Assembly: GCA_039942715.1 (NCBI GenBank)
Contig: JBDVBY010000011.1
Coordinates: forward strand, 9,635-73,634
Length of the DNA stretch: 64,000 nt
Origin: Paracoccaceae bacterium
Lineage (GTDB): Bacteria > Pseudomonadota > Alphaproteobacteria > Rhodobacterales > Rhodobacteraceae
Direction: 5' to 3'
Position numbers and translations under genes: made by a program. The notes beneath the pieces are model-generated. The model had not been told where the DNA came from, ran no database searches, and was given only the letters and a program-made list of their open reading frames with translations. Every line of letters starts with the position of its first letter. Within the stretch, counting starts at the first letter, position 1. Below, one piece after another: positions 40,056-48,887 of this stretch.

Positions 40056-41894
40056 TTACTCGGCCGCTTCCTTGATCCCAATAAAGCCACCTGATTGGCG
40101 TTGCCAGAACCGGGTGTAAAGACCCCCAGCCTGCAGCAATTCGTCATGAGTACCGCTTTCAACAATGCGACCAGCATCCATTACGACAATCCGATCCATG
40201 CGCGCAATCGTCGAAAGACGGTGCGCGATAGCCAGAACCGTCTTGCCCTCCATGACTTTCTCTAACGCGGCCTGAATCGACGCCTCAATCTCGGAATCAA
40301 GCGCGCTTGTCGCTTCGTCCAGAACCAGAATGGGCGCATCTTTCAAAATGGCCCGCGCGAGGGCAATGCGCTGACGTTGTCCGCCAGACAGCTTTACGCC
40401 GCGTTCACCAAGATGCGCATCGTAAGCTGTTCGCTGCTGGTGATCTTCCAAACCAAGAATAAACTCATGCGCCTCGGCACGCTTGGCGGCTTCAATGACA
40501 GCGCCCTGATCGGCGTCTGGGCTTCCATAAAGAATGTTGTCATGGGCTGAGCGATTGAACATAGCCGTTTCCTGCGTGACCATGCCGATCTGACGTCTCA
40601 GGCTTTCTTGAGTAACATCTCGCACATCAACGCCACCAACCAGAACACGCCCGGCCTCGGAATCGTAAAGCCGCATCAGAAGTGCCACCAACGTGGATTT
40701 GCCCGCACCCGACGCGCCCACGATCCCGATTTTCTCGCCCGGAGCGATTGTCAAATCGATGTACTCGATACCGCCCGATTGACGTCCATAAGCGAAATTT
40801 ACGCCTTCGAACTTAATGCTTGGCTCTTCCAATACCAAAGAGGCCGCGCCCCCTTTGTCAGTCAGAGTATGCGCCGGCGTCAGGGTGTTCATCCCATCCT
40901 CAGCCTCACCAATGCTAGCGTAAATCGCCATCAGCGTATGGCTCACCCAACCCGACATCTGGGCGATGCGAATGGAAATCGCGCCGGCCGCGGCTATGTC
41001 ACCGGGACTGGCGGCACCAATGGACCAGAACCAAAGCGTGCCCCCGATCAGCATCACAGGCACCATCCCCGCCACAGTCATCAGACAGAACCGGAAAGTC
41101 GCAGCGATCACACCGTAATCAAGAACCTTTTCGCGGAAGGTGCCAATCGCATCCAACGCTTCATGCTCTTCATGATCTGCATGCGCAAAAAGTTTGACTG
41201 TTTTAATGTTGGTGACGGTGTCCACCACTTGCCCAGTGACCATCGCGCGCGCATTGGCCCGTGCCTTGGAGCGGACGCGAATGCGCGGCATAAACCACCG
41301 GATCATCAACAGATAGCCAATGACCCACAACCCAAGCGTCAGTGCCATCCAACCGTTAATCGTCGTCAACAAAAGCGCCGATCCGATCAGCGAGGCAAGC
41401 GCAAAGAAAACAACGTTGATCGTTTCAGAGGCAACGTCAGTGACCGCGCGCGCTGTTTGAAGCTGTTTTTGCGCAATGCGACCGGCGAAGTCGTCATCAA
41501 AGAACGTAACCGATTGCCCCAAAGTCCACCGATGCAATCGGCTGAGCACCAGAGGATTGACATTGGGCTGCACGACGACCGCGTTTGCCATGGACGACAG
41601 GCCAAACAGAACAGGACGCAAAAAGACAAAGAATGCAAGAACGCCAAGCAACGTCAGAACGTTTGCACTAAAGAACCCATCTGCGCCTGATCCGATCGCA
41701 GTGTCGATAACGTGCCCAAGGATCAGCGCGGTAAAGACCTCAGCCGTGCCCGCTGCCGCAGATAATGTGGCGGCGACGGCCAGCATTGGGAAAGAGCCGG
41801 CCAACGCCCATTTGAAGAACGCCAAGAGCGTGCGCGGTGGTGGACCATCGGCCTTTTGGAAAGCGTCGATCAGATTGCCTGCGTTGCGGATCAT
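40056..41894 (-). CDS. ABC exporter, fused permease/ATPase (second half-transporter)
   Basis: 612-aa ORF. Six-TM domain followed by GASGAGKST, LSGGQRQRIALAR and ILVLDEATSALD. ATGA overlap with the upstream paralogue. Confidence 0.9.
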   Translation of the reverse strand: MIRNAGNLIDAFQKADGPPPRTLLAFFKWALAGSFPMLAVAATLSAAAGTAEVFTALILGHVIDTAIGSGADGFFSANVLTLLGVLAFFVFLRPVLFGLSSMANAVVVQPNVNPLVLSRLHRWTLGQSVTFFDDDFAGRIAQKQLQTARAVTDVASETINVVFFALASLIGSALLLTTINGWMALTLGLWVIGYLLMIRWFMPRIRVRSKARANARAMVTGQVVDTVTNIKTVKLFAHADHEEHEALDAIGTFREKVLDYGVIAATFRFCLMTVAGMVPVMLIGGTLWFWSIGAASPGDIAAAGAISIRIAQMSGWVSHTLMAIYASIGEAEDGMNTLTPAHTLTDKGGAASLVLEEPSIKFEGVNFAYGRQSGGIEYIDLTIAPGEKIGIVGASGAGKSTLVALLMRLYDSEAGRVLVGGVDVRDVTQESLRRQIGMVTQETAMFNRSAHDNILYGSPDADQGAVIEAAKRAEAHEFILGLEDHQQRTAYDAHLGERGVKLSGGQRQRIALARAILKDAPILVLDEATSALDSEIEASIQAALEKVMEGKTVLAIAHRLSTIARMDRIVVMDAGRIVESGTHDELLQAGGLYTRFWQRQSGGFIGIKEAAE

Positions 41895-43732
41895 TCTGCT
41901 GCCTCCGTATTGATGAACCCGCCAGATTGGCGATCCCAGAAGTTGGCATATAGCCCGCCTGCCGCCAAAAGCGCGTCATGCGTACCGTCTTCAACAACTT
42001 TGCCATCGTCGATCACGACGATCCGATCCATACGCGCGATGGTGGACAGACGATGCGCAATAGCGATGACCGTCTTGCCCTCCATCATTCCATAAAGGGT
42101 TTTCTGAATTGCCGCCTCAACTTCGCTGTCCAAAGCGCTCGTCGCCTCATCAAGCACAAGGATCGGCGCGTTCTTCAAAATAACCCGCGCAAGAGCGATC
42201 CTTTGGCGTTGGCCGCCAGATAATTTTACACCGCGTTCGCCCACCTCAGCGTCGTAGCCAGCGTTTCCATTGGGATCTTCCAGGTCGAGAATAAAGTCAT
42301 GCGCCTCTGCTTGTTTAGCGGCGTTCGTAACCTCGTCTTCACTCGCATCAGGGCGACCATAAAGGATGTTGTCACGCACCGAGCGATGCAACAAAGAGCT
42401 GTCCTGTTGGACCATTCCGATCCTTGCACGCAAACTGTCTTGGGTGACGTCAGCAATGTTTTGACCGTCGATTTCAATTGCGCCTTCTTCAATGTCATAA
42501 AACCGCAAAAGCAGCTTAACTAGGGTCGACTTGCCCGCGCCGGACCGACCGACCAAACCAATCTTTTGGCCGGGTTGAATGCCAAGGTTGACGCCCTCAA
42601 GCCCACCGGCATCGCGCCCGTATCTATGAACCAAATTTTTGAAGGCAATCTCACCGGGACCTTGCTGCAATGCCTTCGCATCTGGCTTGTCGATCAAGGT
42701 GATAGGCTGCGCGATAGTTTCCATCCCTTCAGCGACAACTCCAAGATTTCGGAAAAAACTGGCCAAAGCCCACATGATCCAGCCAGTCATCGCAGACAAT
42801 CGAAGCACCAGTGACGACGCCACCGCGACCATCCCAACAGTGGCCGCAGAGACGGACCAAAGCCAAATCGCCCAGCCAACAACTGCCACAATAAGAAACC
42901 CGTTGATCAGAGTAAGACCAACATCCATTTTCGTGAAAATGCGCATTTCAACCTGAAAAGTCTGACGCGATTTTTCGATTGCTTCCTTGGCATAGTCTTT
43001 TTCGCCAAGTGTATGAGCGAACATTTTGACGGAATGAATGTTGGTGTAGCTATCAACGACACGCCCCGTAACCGCGCTGCGTGCATCAGAAGACGCCTTT
43101 GACGCAGGACCAACACGCGTGACCGTCCACCTAACAAGCGCACCATAAAGCACCAGCCACACCAATAGTGGCAGCGCCAGACGCGGATCAGACGTCGACA
43201 ACAAGATCACCGCACCAATAACGTAAGCTGTTGAATAGGCCATCGCATCAAAGACCTGAAATACCGCTTCACCAGCGGCAGGCGGCGTTTGCATGATGCG
43301 GTTTGCAATCCGCCCAGCAAAGTCGTTTTCAAACCAACCAACCGATTGGCGCAGCACATGACTGTGCGCGCGCCAACGGATCAGCGTGCCAAGGTTCGGC
43401 ATGATCGCGTTGTTTAAAAGGCCAACGTCGATCATTTGCAATACAGGACGGATCAACAGCAGGAAAAGCGCAATCAACGCCATTTCCGTTCCATTCTCGG
43501 ACCAGAATGTTGACGGATCAGACGCGGTCAGTACGTCAACCAAACGGCCCAAATAGCCAATCAACCAAATCTCAACAGCTGCAACAATAACTGACACAAG
43601 ACCAGTGATCGTGAACACGCGCGTAAATGGCCGACAGTATTCAAGAATAAACGGCCAAAGCTTTGTTGGCGGCGTATCCGTGACGGGATAATCGGCGTAG
43701 GGATCTACAAGATTTTCTAGATAGCGAAACAT
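41891..43732 (-). CDS. ABC exporter, fused permease/ATPase (first half-transporter)
   Basis: The track start 43756 is a TTG. ATG 43732 gives MFRYLENLVDPY. Has a TM domain followed by GRSGAGKST, LSGGQRQRIALAR and ILVLDEATSALD. Confidence 0.9.
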   Translation of the reverse strand: MFRYLENLVDPYADYPVTDTPPTKLWPFILEYCRPFTRVFTITGLVSVIVAAVEIWLIGYLGRLVDVLTASDPSTFWSENGTEMALIALFLLLIRPVLQMIDVGLLNNAIMPNLGTLIRWRAHSHVLRQSVGWFENDFAGRIANRIMQTPPAAGEAVFQVFDAMAYSTAYVIGAVILLSTSDPRLALPLLVWLVLYGALVRWTVTRVGPASKASSDARSAVTGRVVDSYTNIHSVKMFAHTLGEKDYAKEAIEKSRQTFQVEMRIFTKMDVGLTLINGFLIVAVVGWAIWLWSVSAATVGMVAVASSLVLRLSAMTGWIMWALASFFRNLGVVAEGMETIAQPITLIDKPDAKALQQGPGEIAFKNLVHRYGRDAGGLEGVNLGIQPGQKIGLVGRSGAGKSTLVKLLLRFYDIEEGAIEIDGQNIADVTQDSLRARIGMVQQDSSLLHRSVRDNILYGRPDASEDEVTNAAKQAEAHDFILDLEDPNGNAGYDAEVGERGVKLSGGQRQRIALARVILKNAPILVLDEATSALDSEVEAAIQKTLYGMMEGKTVIAIAHRLSTIARMDRIVVIDDGKVVEDGTHDALLAAGGLYANFWDRQSGGFINTEAAE

Positions 43733-43894
43733 TTGGAAAGCCTGAAATAGGGGCAAGATGGAAGGACGGCGGAGTTAACCGGGGCCGTCCGCGTACGGGA
43801 TCGGACCAGTCAAACGGTCGGTGTAAAGATCCAGTACATCATCGAGCGCCCTCCTATTCGGCTGAGGGAGAGATACCTTACCGCGGGGAATTTG

Positions 43895-45058
43895 TCATCC
43901 CTCTTTCCCAAGGCTTGCCAAAAGATCAGCGTGCGAGAGCGAAAAGTCGCTTTCAATCCAACGGGACTCCAGCTGTTTCAATGCATTACCGAGCGCTGGA
44001 CCCTGATAGTCAGGCATCAGATCAGCCGCCTTAACCGGGAAGGTTTTTGAATGCCCCTCTGCGATTGCTTCAATCACACCACTTGGAAACGGCACATCCA
44101 AAGAAGCCGCTTCGATGAGATGAACGTCGCGCGCCATCTCTTCACCCAATTTATAACCTGATACCTTTGGGCCACCTACCGTTCCGGCATATAGGATGCG
44201 CAAACGCTCGCTATCCTGTCGCGACAATCTCAGGCGCTCTGCAACGTCCAAGCCACCCAAAATTGCCAAACGCCTGATTGAATCGGGAGCAATATCAAGC
44301 GTTGCCTCTAGATGCACCAATGGGCCCAGCGCGCGATCATCAGCGCCGCTCAAAACAGCCTGTAAGACACCTGTGCTTCGCATTCCGGCGATAGAGGCGA
44401 CCGGATCAGGCGCTTCCAACAGCCTCAAAAGTTCGACACCTAATCGTTCGCGTGACAGCGTTCCAACACCTTGCACATTGCGCGCAATGGCATCCAGCGC
44501 GTCAGCCTCAAACCCAAGTTGAGGGTCGCCATACCACGCGTGAAACCGGAAGAACCGCAGGCTCCTCAAATAGTCTTCACGAATCCGCTGATCTGCGTCT
44601 TCGATAAATCGAACACGTCGCGCGTTAAGGTCAGGCAAGCCGCCAAGCGGGTCGATAACCTCTCCATCAATGTCACAGTATAGCGCATTCATCGTAAAAT
44701 CGCGCCGAAGTGCGTCGTCTTTGATATCGTCAGAAAAGGCGACAACAGCGCGGCGCCCATCAGTAGCAACATCACGGCGAAACGTTGTGATTTCGTGCGG
44801 GATATCGTTGGCCACAACAGTAACGGTGCCATGATCAATTCCTGTTGGCACCGCGTGAAACCCAGCGTTTTTAGCTAGCTGCATTACCACGGATGGGCGC
44901 GCGTCAGTTGAAAGATCAATGTCTTTCACCGGAGCATCCAGCAGCGCGTTGCGCACGCAGCCGCCAACGGCATAGGCCTTGAACTTGGCATTCGATAGCA
45001 TTGCGAAGACCGCACGCGTTGCCGGGATTTTCAGCCAGTCTGCATCAATCTTTGTCAT
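43895..45058 (-). CDS. cca: CCA-adding tRNA nucleotidyltransferase
   Basis: ATG 45058 gives MTKIDADW. Has the PolyA-pol/CCA head motif AYAVGGCVRNALL...KDIDLST and RDFTMNALY. Confidence 0.88.
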   Translation of the reverse strand: MTKIDADWLKIPATRAVFAMLSNAKFKAYAVGGCVRNALLDAPVKDIDLSTDARPSVVMQLAKNAGFHAVPTGIDHGTVTVVANDIPHEITTFRRDVATDGRRAVVAFSDDIKDDALRRDFTMNALYCDIDGEVIDPLGGLPDLNARRVRFIEDADQRIREDYLRSLRFFRFHAWYGDPQLGFEADALDAIARNVQGVGTLSRERLGVELLRLLEAPDPVASIAGMRSTGVLQAVLSGADDRALGPLVHLEATLDIAPDSIRRLAILGGLDVAERLRLSRQDSERLRILYAGTVGGPKVSGYKLGEEMARDVHLIEAASLDVPFPSGVIEAIAEGHSKTFPVKAADLMPDYQGPALGNALKQLESRWIESDFSLSHADLLASLGKEG

Positions 45059-45650
45059 CCGCCATCCGATCCGCCAAGGCGCGCAAAATACGCGCCGTTG
45101 CACCCCAGATGTAGTAGGGACCGTAGGGAGCGGTAAAGAAAAAGCGTCTTTGTCCCCGCCAACGGCGAGACTGCACGCTATAATTCTGTTGGTTCAGCAA
45201 GTGCTCCAGCGGCACGCGAAACACCTCAGCAACTTCGCCTGTATCAGGAAATGGGACAAATCCATCCGAGACAATCGCCACAACAGGCGTCACACGAAAG
45301 CCCGTAACAGTTTCATGTGACGGCAACGACCCCAGAACCGTCACGCCCTCCGGCGAAAGGCCAATCTCCTCTTGGGCCTCTCGCAACGCTGCTGCGGTTT
45401 CATCCTCATCACTGTCTTCTACTTTGCCACCAGGAAATGCGACCTGTCCCGGATGATGCTTTAGCGCAGAGGACCTTTTTGTAAGAATGACATGTGGGTT
45501 TGCACTGCAAGTCACTGGCACTAAAACACTAGCCGCGCGCAAGCTTCGCCCTTCAGGCAAAACGGCATCTGGGTTTAGATCATAATCTGACGAAGGCTTG
45601 CCCGTTCTTTGCAAGGCCTTCTCTAGGCGAAGGCACAGCTCAGCTGTCAT
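45045..45650 (-). CDS. CoA pyrophosphatase (NUDIX hydrolase, NudL-like)
   Basis: ATG 45650 avoids a long overlap with hslO. Has the NUDIX box GGKVEDSDEDETAAALREAQEEIGL preceded by LTKRSSALKHHPGQVAFPGG, which is typical of CoA pyrophosphatases. Confidence 0.8.
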   Translation of the reverse strand: MTAELCLRLEKALQRTGKPSSDYDLNPDAVLPEGRSLRAASVLVPVTCSANPHVILTKRSSALKHHPGQVAFPGGKVEDSDEDETAAALREAQEEIGLSPEGVTVLGSLPSHETVTGFRVTPVVAIVSDGFVPFPDTGEVAEVFRVPLEHLLNQQNYSVQSRRWRGQRRFFFTAPYGPYYIWGATARILRALADRMADDKD

Positions 45651-46629
45651 CCGAAGCCTCAAATCCAAGCGTACTTGGATCAAATTCGTAGTGTGCGCCA
45701 CAAAACTGACAGTCTGCAGTAACCTTGCCGTCGTCTGTTGTCATGTGTTCGATATCTTTGGCCGAATAGATCGACATGGTTTGTCGCACTCGATCGGCCG
45801 AACATGTACATCCAAACACTACTGGTTGTGCTTCAAACACACGAGGGCTGTCGGCATGATAGAGTCTGACCAACAGGTCAGTTGGTTGAACACTTGGGCC
45901 AATCAGCTCCAGTTCATCGGCTGAATCAAGTAACACGTTCACGTGATTCCAGTCCTCTGCAACGCTCCCATCCAGAATATCAGTCGCGGCCAAAAGCCCA
46001 TCATCGCCAGTTGCCTCTGATCCGTCTGTTTCAAAGCTTGATTCAGGCATTTGCTGCAGCATCACGCCACCTGCGCGCCAATGCACATCTTCGCCCGGCA
46101 CCTGCGACTGACCAAAGCTAAGAGCAAAGCGCGTTGGAAGCTGCTCGGATTGAGCGAAGTATGTCTCAGCACAGGCGGCAAGCGAGCCACCCGCAATTGG
46201 CGTAATCCCTTGGTAAGGCACCATACCTTCGCCTTGGTCGATCAGAATCGCAAAGTATCCTTTTCCAACCATTTTGAACGGGTCTGCGGCGTGGTCGATC
46301 TTGTCAGCATCATAGCTGGCATAGGCACGAATACGGGCGGGCGCGCCATCTTTCGTCGGGCCATAGTAGTCCGTCGCAATCAGCCGCACTGGGCCGTCAC
46401 CACGGATTTGGATCGACAGCTTCCAGCGCAATTTGATCGTTTGCCCAATCAGCGCTGTCAAAAGCACTGCTTCGGCCACCAAAGCCTCGACCAAAGGCGG
46501 GTAATCGTGTTGTGCCAAGACTCGTTGCAATAACCCATCCAAACGGGCAACTCGCCCGCGCGTGTCCGTGCGATCCAACTGAAATGGCAGCACGGTATCA
46601 TCCCATGCGATTTTCGATCCGATAGTCAT
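45640..46629 (-). CDS. hslO: redox-regulated chaperone Hsp33
   Basis: 329-aa ORF. The C-terminal zinc centre is FGCTCS...CQFCGAHYEF. The N-terminal body matches the Hsp33 layout. Confidence 0.9.
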   Translation of the reverse strand: MTIGSKIAWDDTVLPFQLDRTDTRGRVARLDGLLQRVLAQHDYPPLVEALVAEAVLLTALIGQTIKLRWKLSIQIRGDGPVRLIATDYYGPTKDGAPARIRAYASYDADKIDHAADPFKMVGKGYFAILIDQGEGMVPYQGITPIAGGSLAACAETYFAQSEQLPTRFALSFGQSQVPGEDVHWRAGGVMLQQMPESSFETDGSEATGDDGLLAATDILDGSVAEDWNHVNVLLDSADELELIGPSVQPTDLLVRLYHADSPRVFEAQPVVFGCTCSADRVRQTMSIYSAKDIEHMTTDDGKVTADCQFCGAHYEFDPSTLGFEASDDS

Positions 46630-46672
46630 CTAGATTTTCCTGAAACCTTTGGCGTCACGCCATACCGCGTCT

Positions 46673-46700
46673 ATATAGGGGCAACAACCACAGGACCAAG
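46673..46700 (-). promoter_or_regulatory. candidate RpoH (sigma-32)-type promoter for hslO
   Basis: The minus strand reads CTTG-N17-CCTATAT (CTTG at 46700-46697, CCTATAT at 46679-46673). It matches the alphaproteobacterial heat-shock promoter consensus CTTG-N17/18-CYTATNT and lies about 45 nt upstream of the hslO ATG. Confidence 0.5.
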
Positions 46701-46708
46701 GCCCCACC

Positions 46709-47143
46709 ATGTCTCGACGCGTCGGCGAAACCGTAAAGCCCAATGTCACGTACAAAAAACGCCCCGGCGTATATGCGGTATTGGAACGGAATGGGCGCAT
46801 TTTGCTGACACACCAAGCGGCGCCTGAACCAGAGTTTCAATTACCCGGCGGCGGAATCGACCCGGGCGAAGATCCAATCCCGGCGTTGCATCGCGAAGTT
46901 ATGGAGGAAACCGGTTGGAAAATTGGTCATCTGCGCAAACAGGGCTTTTACCGCAGATTTGTCTATATGCCTGAGTACGACCTTTGGGCAGAAAAGATCT
47001 GCCACATCTATATTGCCCGCCCGATGATACAGCTTGGGCCACCAACAGAAAAATCGCACACTGCCGTTTGGACATCCCCTGATATGGCTATTGAGTTAGT
47101 TGCTTCAGACGGAGATCGGCTTTTCCTCTCAGAATTGCTTTAG
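46709..47143 (+). CDS. NUDIX hydrolase
   Basis: 144-aa ORF with the NUDIX box GGGIDPGEDPIPALHREVMEETG. Confidence 0.85.
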   Translation: MSRRVGETVKPNVTYKKRPGVYAVLERNGRILLTHQAAPEPEFQLPGGGIDPGEDPIPALHREVMEETGWKIGHLRKQGFYRRFVYMPEYDLWAEKICHIYIARPMIQLGPPTEKSHTAVWTSPDMAIELVASDGDRLFLSELL

Positions 47144-47268
47144 CGTCGCTCTATCAGGACTGCAGACAAGTCATCCGCAAACTCCTTTGACGCCCCAAAA
47201 ATCTCTAAATCTGAAACAACATTTTCTAATAACTTCAGACCATGCACCTTGCGATGCGCCCGCAGAAT
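47140..47268 (-). pseudogene. 42-codon in-frame continuation of the PP2C domain, cut off from the upstream ORF by a TAA
   Basis: Hand translation in the same frame, immediately after the TAA at 47269-47271, gives ILRAHRKVHGLKLLENVVSDLEIFGASKEFADDLSAVLIERR* with no further stop. It contains the terminal DD-[L/I/V]-[S/T] motif of PPM/SpoIIE phosphatases. Its TAA (47140-47142) overlaps the NUDIX TAG. Confidence 0.6.
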
Positions 47269-48390
47269 TTACTCTAGGCCCTTTTCATCAAGCAATTTGC
47301 CATCTGGATCAGCACATTCAGTTAACCCGTCAGAATATAGAAGCAACCGGTCGCCCACTTCCAAAGTCAGAGACGCCGTCGAAAATTCGGCATCGTCAAT
47401 GAGCCCAATCGGTGTGCCTTCCTGCTCAAGAAAAGTCACCTCATCGTTTAATCGCTGGATAACAGGAAACGGATGACCGGCCTGACAGATTTCGCAGGCC
47501 CCACTTTCAAGACAAACCCTTCCCAACGCCATCGTCAAATACTGATCAGATTCTGCATCGCTTTGAAGAAGCGTGTTAAGTTTTGCGCAAACGTCGTCCA
47601 GAGGGCGCATCGCGTAGCCGCTAAACGTTTTTGTCAGGGCGATATTTCGATCCGGAGCCGCGTCGCTTAGATAACTTGCTACTCGCGCGGTCATCAGAGC
47701 AGACGCAACACCGTGCCCCGAAACATCTACAGAGTAGACGCCAAGCGTATTGTCGTTCACCCGGAAGCATCCCACAAAATCGCCTCCGACATGACCGCTA
47801 GGTTTTAGCAAAAGCGAAACATCAAAGTCTCCGATTTTCAAGTAGCGCTCAGGCACCAACCCTTCTTGAAATTTGCGCGCTTCGTTCAGATCACGCTCAA
47901 TAGCTTCATACGCATCAGAGAGCTTTGAAAGCGTCGAGGAAAGCACATCATTTTTGTCTTCTAGCGCGCGATGCGCGCCAAGCACACGTTCACCGGCCCT
48001 TAACCTTGCGCGCAACTCAATGCTGCTGAACGGTTTGGAAAGAAAGTCATCCGCGCCACTTTCCAATCCCTCTGCCAAGACTTCGCGCTCTGTCTGGGCT
48101 GTGAGCAAAATGAAATAGGCCGCTCGCCCCTTAACAAGATCTCGGAAAGCTCGGCAAAATTCTATCCCGGACATGCCGGGCATCATCCAATCACTCACCA
48201 CAAGTTCAATCGGGCTAGACCGACAAATCTCAAGACCTGCTTCACCACTGTCCGCTTCAATAACTTCAAAGCCCCATTTTTCTAGGGATCGAGACAACAA
48301 CCGTCGGTGCGCACGGCTATCGTCGACAACCAAAACCGGTCGCATTGCCTGAGACGTCTTTGCATCATTGGGGAAAGTTTGATTCAGCAT
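47269..48390 (-). CDS. response-regulator receiver fused to a PP2C/SpoIIE-type phosphatase, as annotated lacking the last ~42 residues of the domain
   Basis: Receiver domain: VLVVDDSRAHRRLL...ELVVSDWMMPGMSG...SKPF. PP2C domain: GGDFVGCF...VDVSGHGVASAL...LLLYSDGLTE. The ORF ends at GLE-TAA, directly after the YSDGLTE block. Confidence 0.85.
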   Translation of the reverse strand: MLNQTFPNDAKTSQAMRPVLVVDDSRAHRRLLSRSLEKWGFEVIEADSGEAGLEICRSSPIELVVSDWMMPGMSGIEFCRAFRDLVKGRAAYFILLTAQTEREVLAEGLESGADDFLSKPFSSIELRARLRAGERVLGAHRALEDKNDVLSSTLSKLSDAYEAIERDLNEARKFQEGLVPERYLKIGDFDVSLLLKPSGHVGGDFVGCFRVNDNTLGVYSVDVSGHGVASALMTARVASYLSDAAPDRNIALTKTFSGYAMRPLDDVCAKLNTLLQSDAESDQYLTMALGRVCLESGACEICQAGHPFPVIQRLNDEVTFLEQEGTPIGLIDDAEFSTASLTLEVGDRLLLYSDGLTECADPDGKLLDEKGLE

Positions 48391-48478
48391 TGGAGCCGTT
48401 TATGGACAACCACGCTTAAGTCTTTGTGAATCCAAGCACCACAACACCTCGTTAACCGACGTTTGTTATCACTTCATC

Positions 48479-48790
48479 ATGGTGAATTGGGACAGACTGT
48501 CAGAACTTCGAGAAGAGGTTGGCGAAGATGACCTGGCAGAGGTTGTTGCGCTTTTCTGCGAAGAAGTGGAGGAGGTTCTGGCGGTTCTTGGCAACGCATC
48601 TCCAAGCGATATGCCCAATCATCTACATTTTTTGAAAGGCAGTGCTTTGAACATCGGGTTTGAAGCTGTTAGCGAGCTTTGCCAAAAGGAAGAACAGCGA
48701 ACCAACGAGAATGCTGACGCGATCGTGGATATTCCTGCTCTTCGTGCGGCGTACCTAACCTCCAAGGCCGAATTGGACGGTTTGATTTAG
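48479..48790 (+). CDS. Hpt (histidine phosphotransfer) domain protein
   Basis: 103-aa ORF. The HFLKGSALNIGF motif carries the phosphorylatable His in its usual context. Divergent from the RR-PP2C gene. Confidence 0.8.
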   Translation: MVNWDRLSELREEVGEDDLAEVVALFCEEVEEVLAVLGNASPSDMPNHLHFLKGSALNIGFEAVSELCQKEEQRTNENADAIVDIPALRAAYLTSKAELDGLI

Positions 48791-48887
48791 GCTAGGTGTC
48801 AGTGGCGTACTTCCCTTGTCGTCCCCTTGTTCCTTTGTATGAAATAGGATTAAACGCCCCAAACCTTTACCTTGCGGGATCCTACTC

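Noticed and set aside
44538-44551. parS-like half sites (CGTGAAAC) at about 44540 and about 44851 inside cca
   Set aside because: Only one half of the palindrome matches, and the other half is unrelated. Not credible ParB sites.
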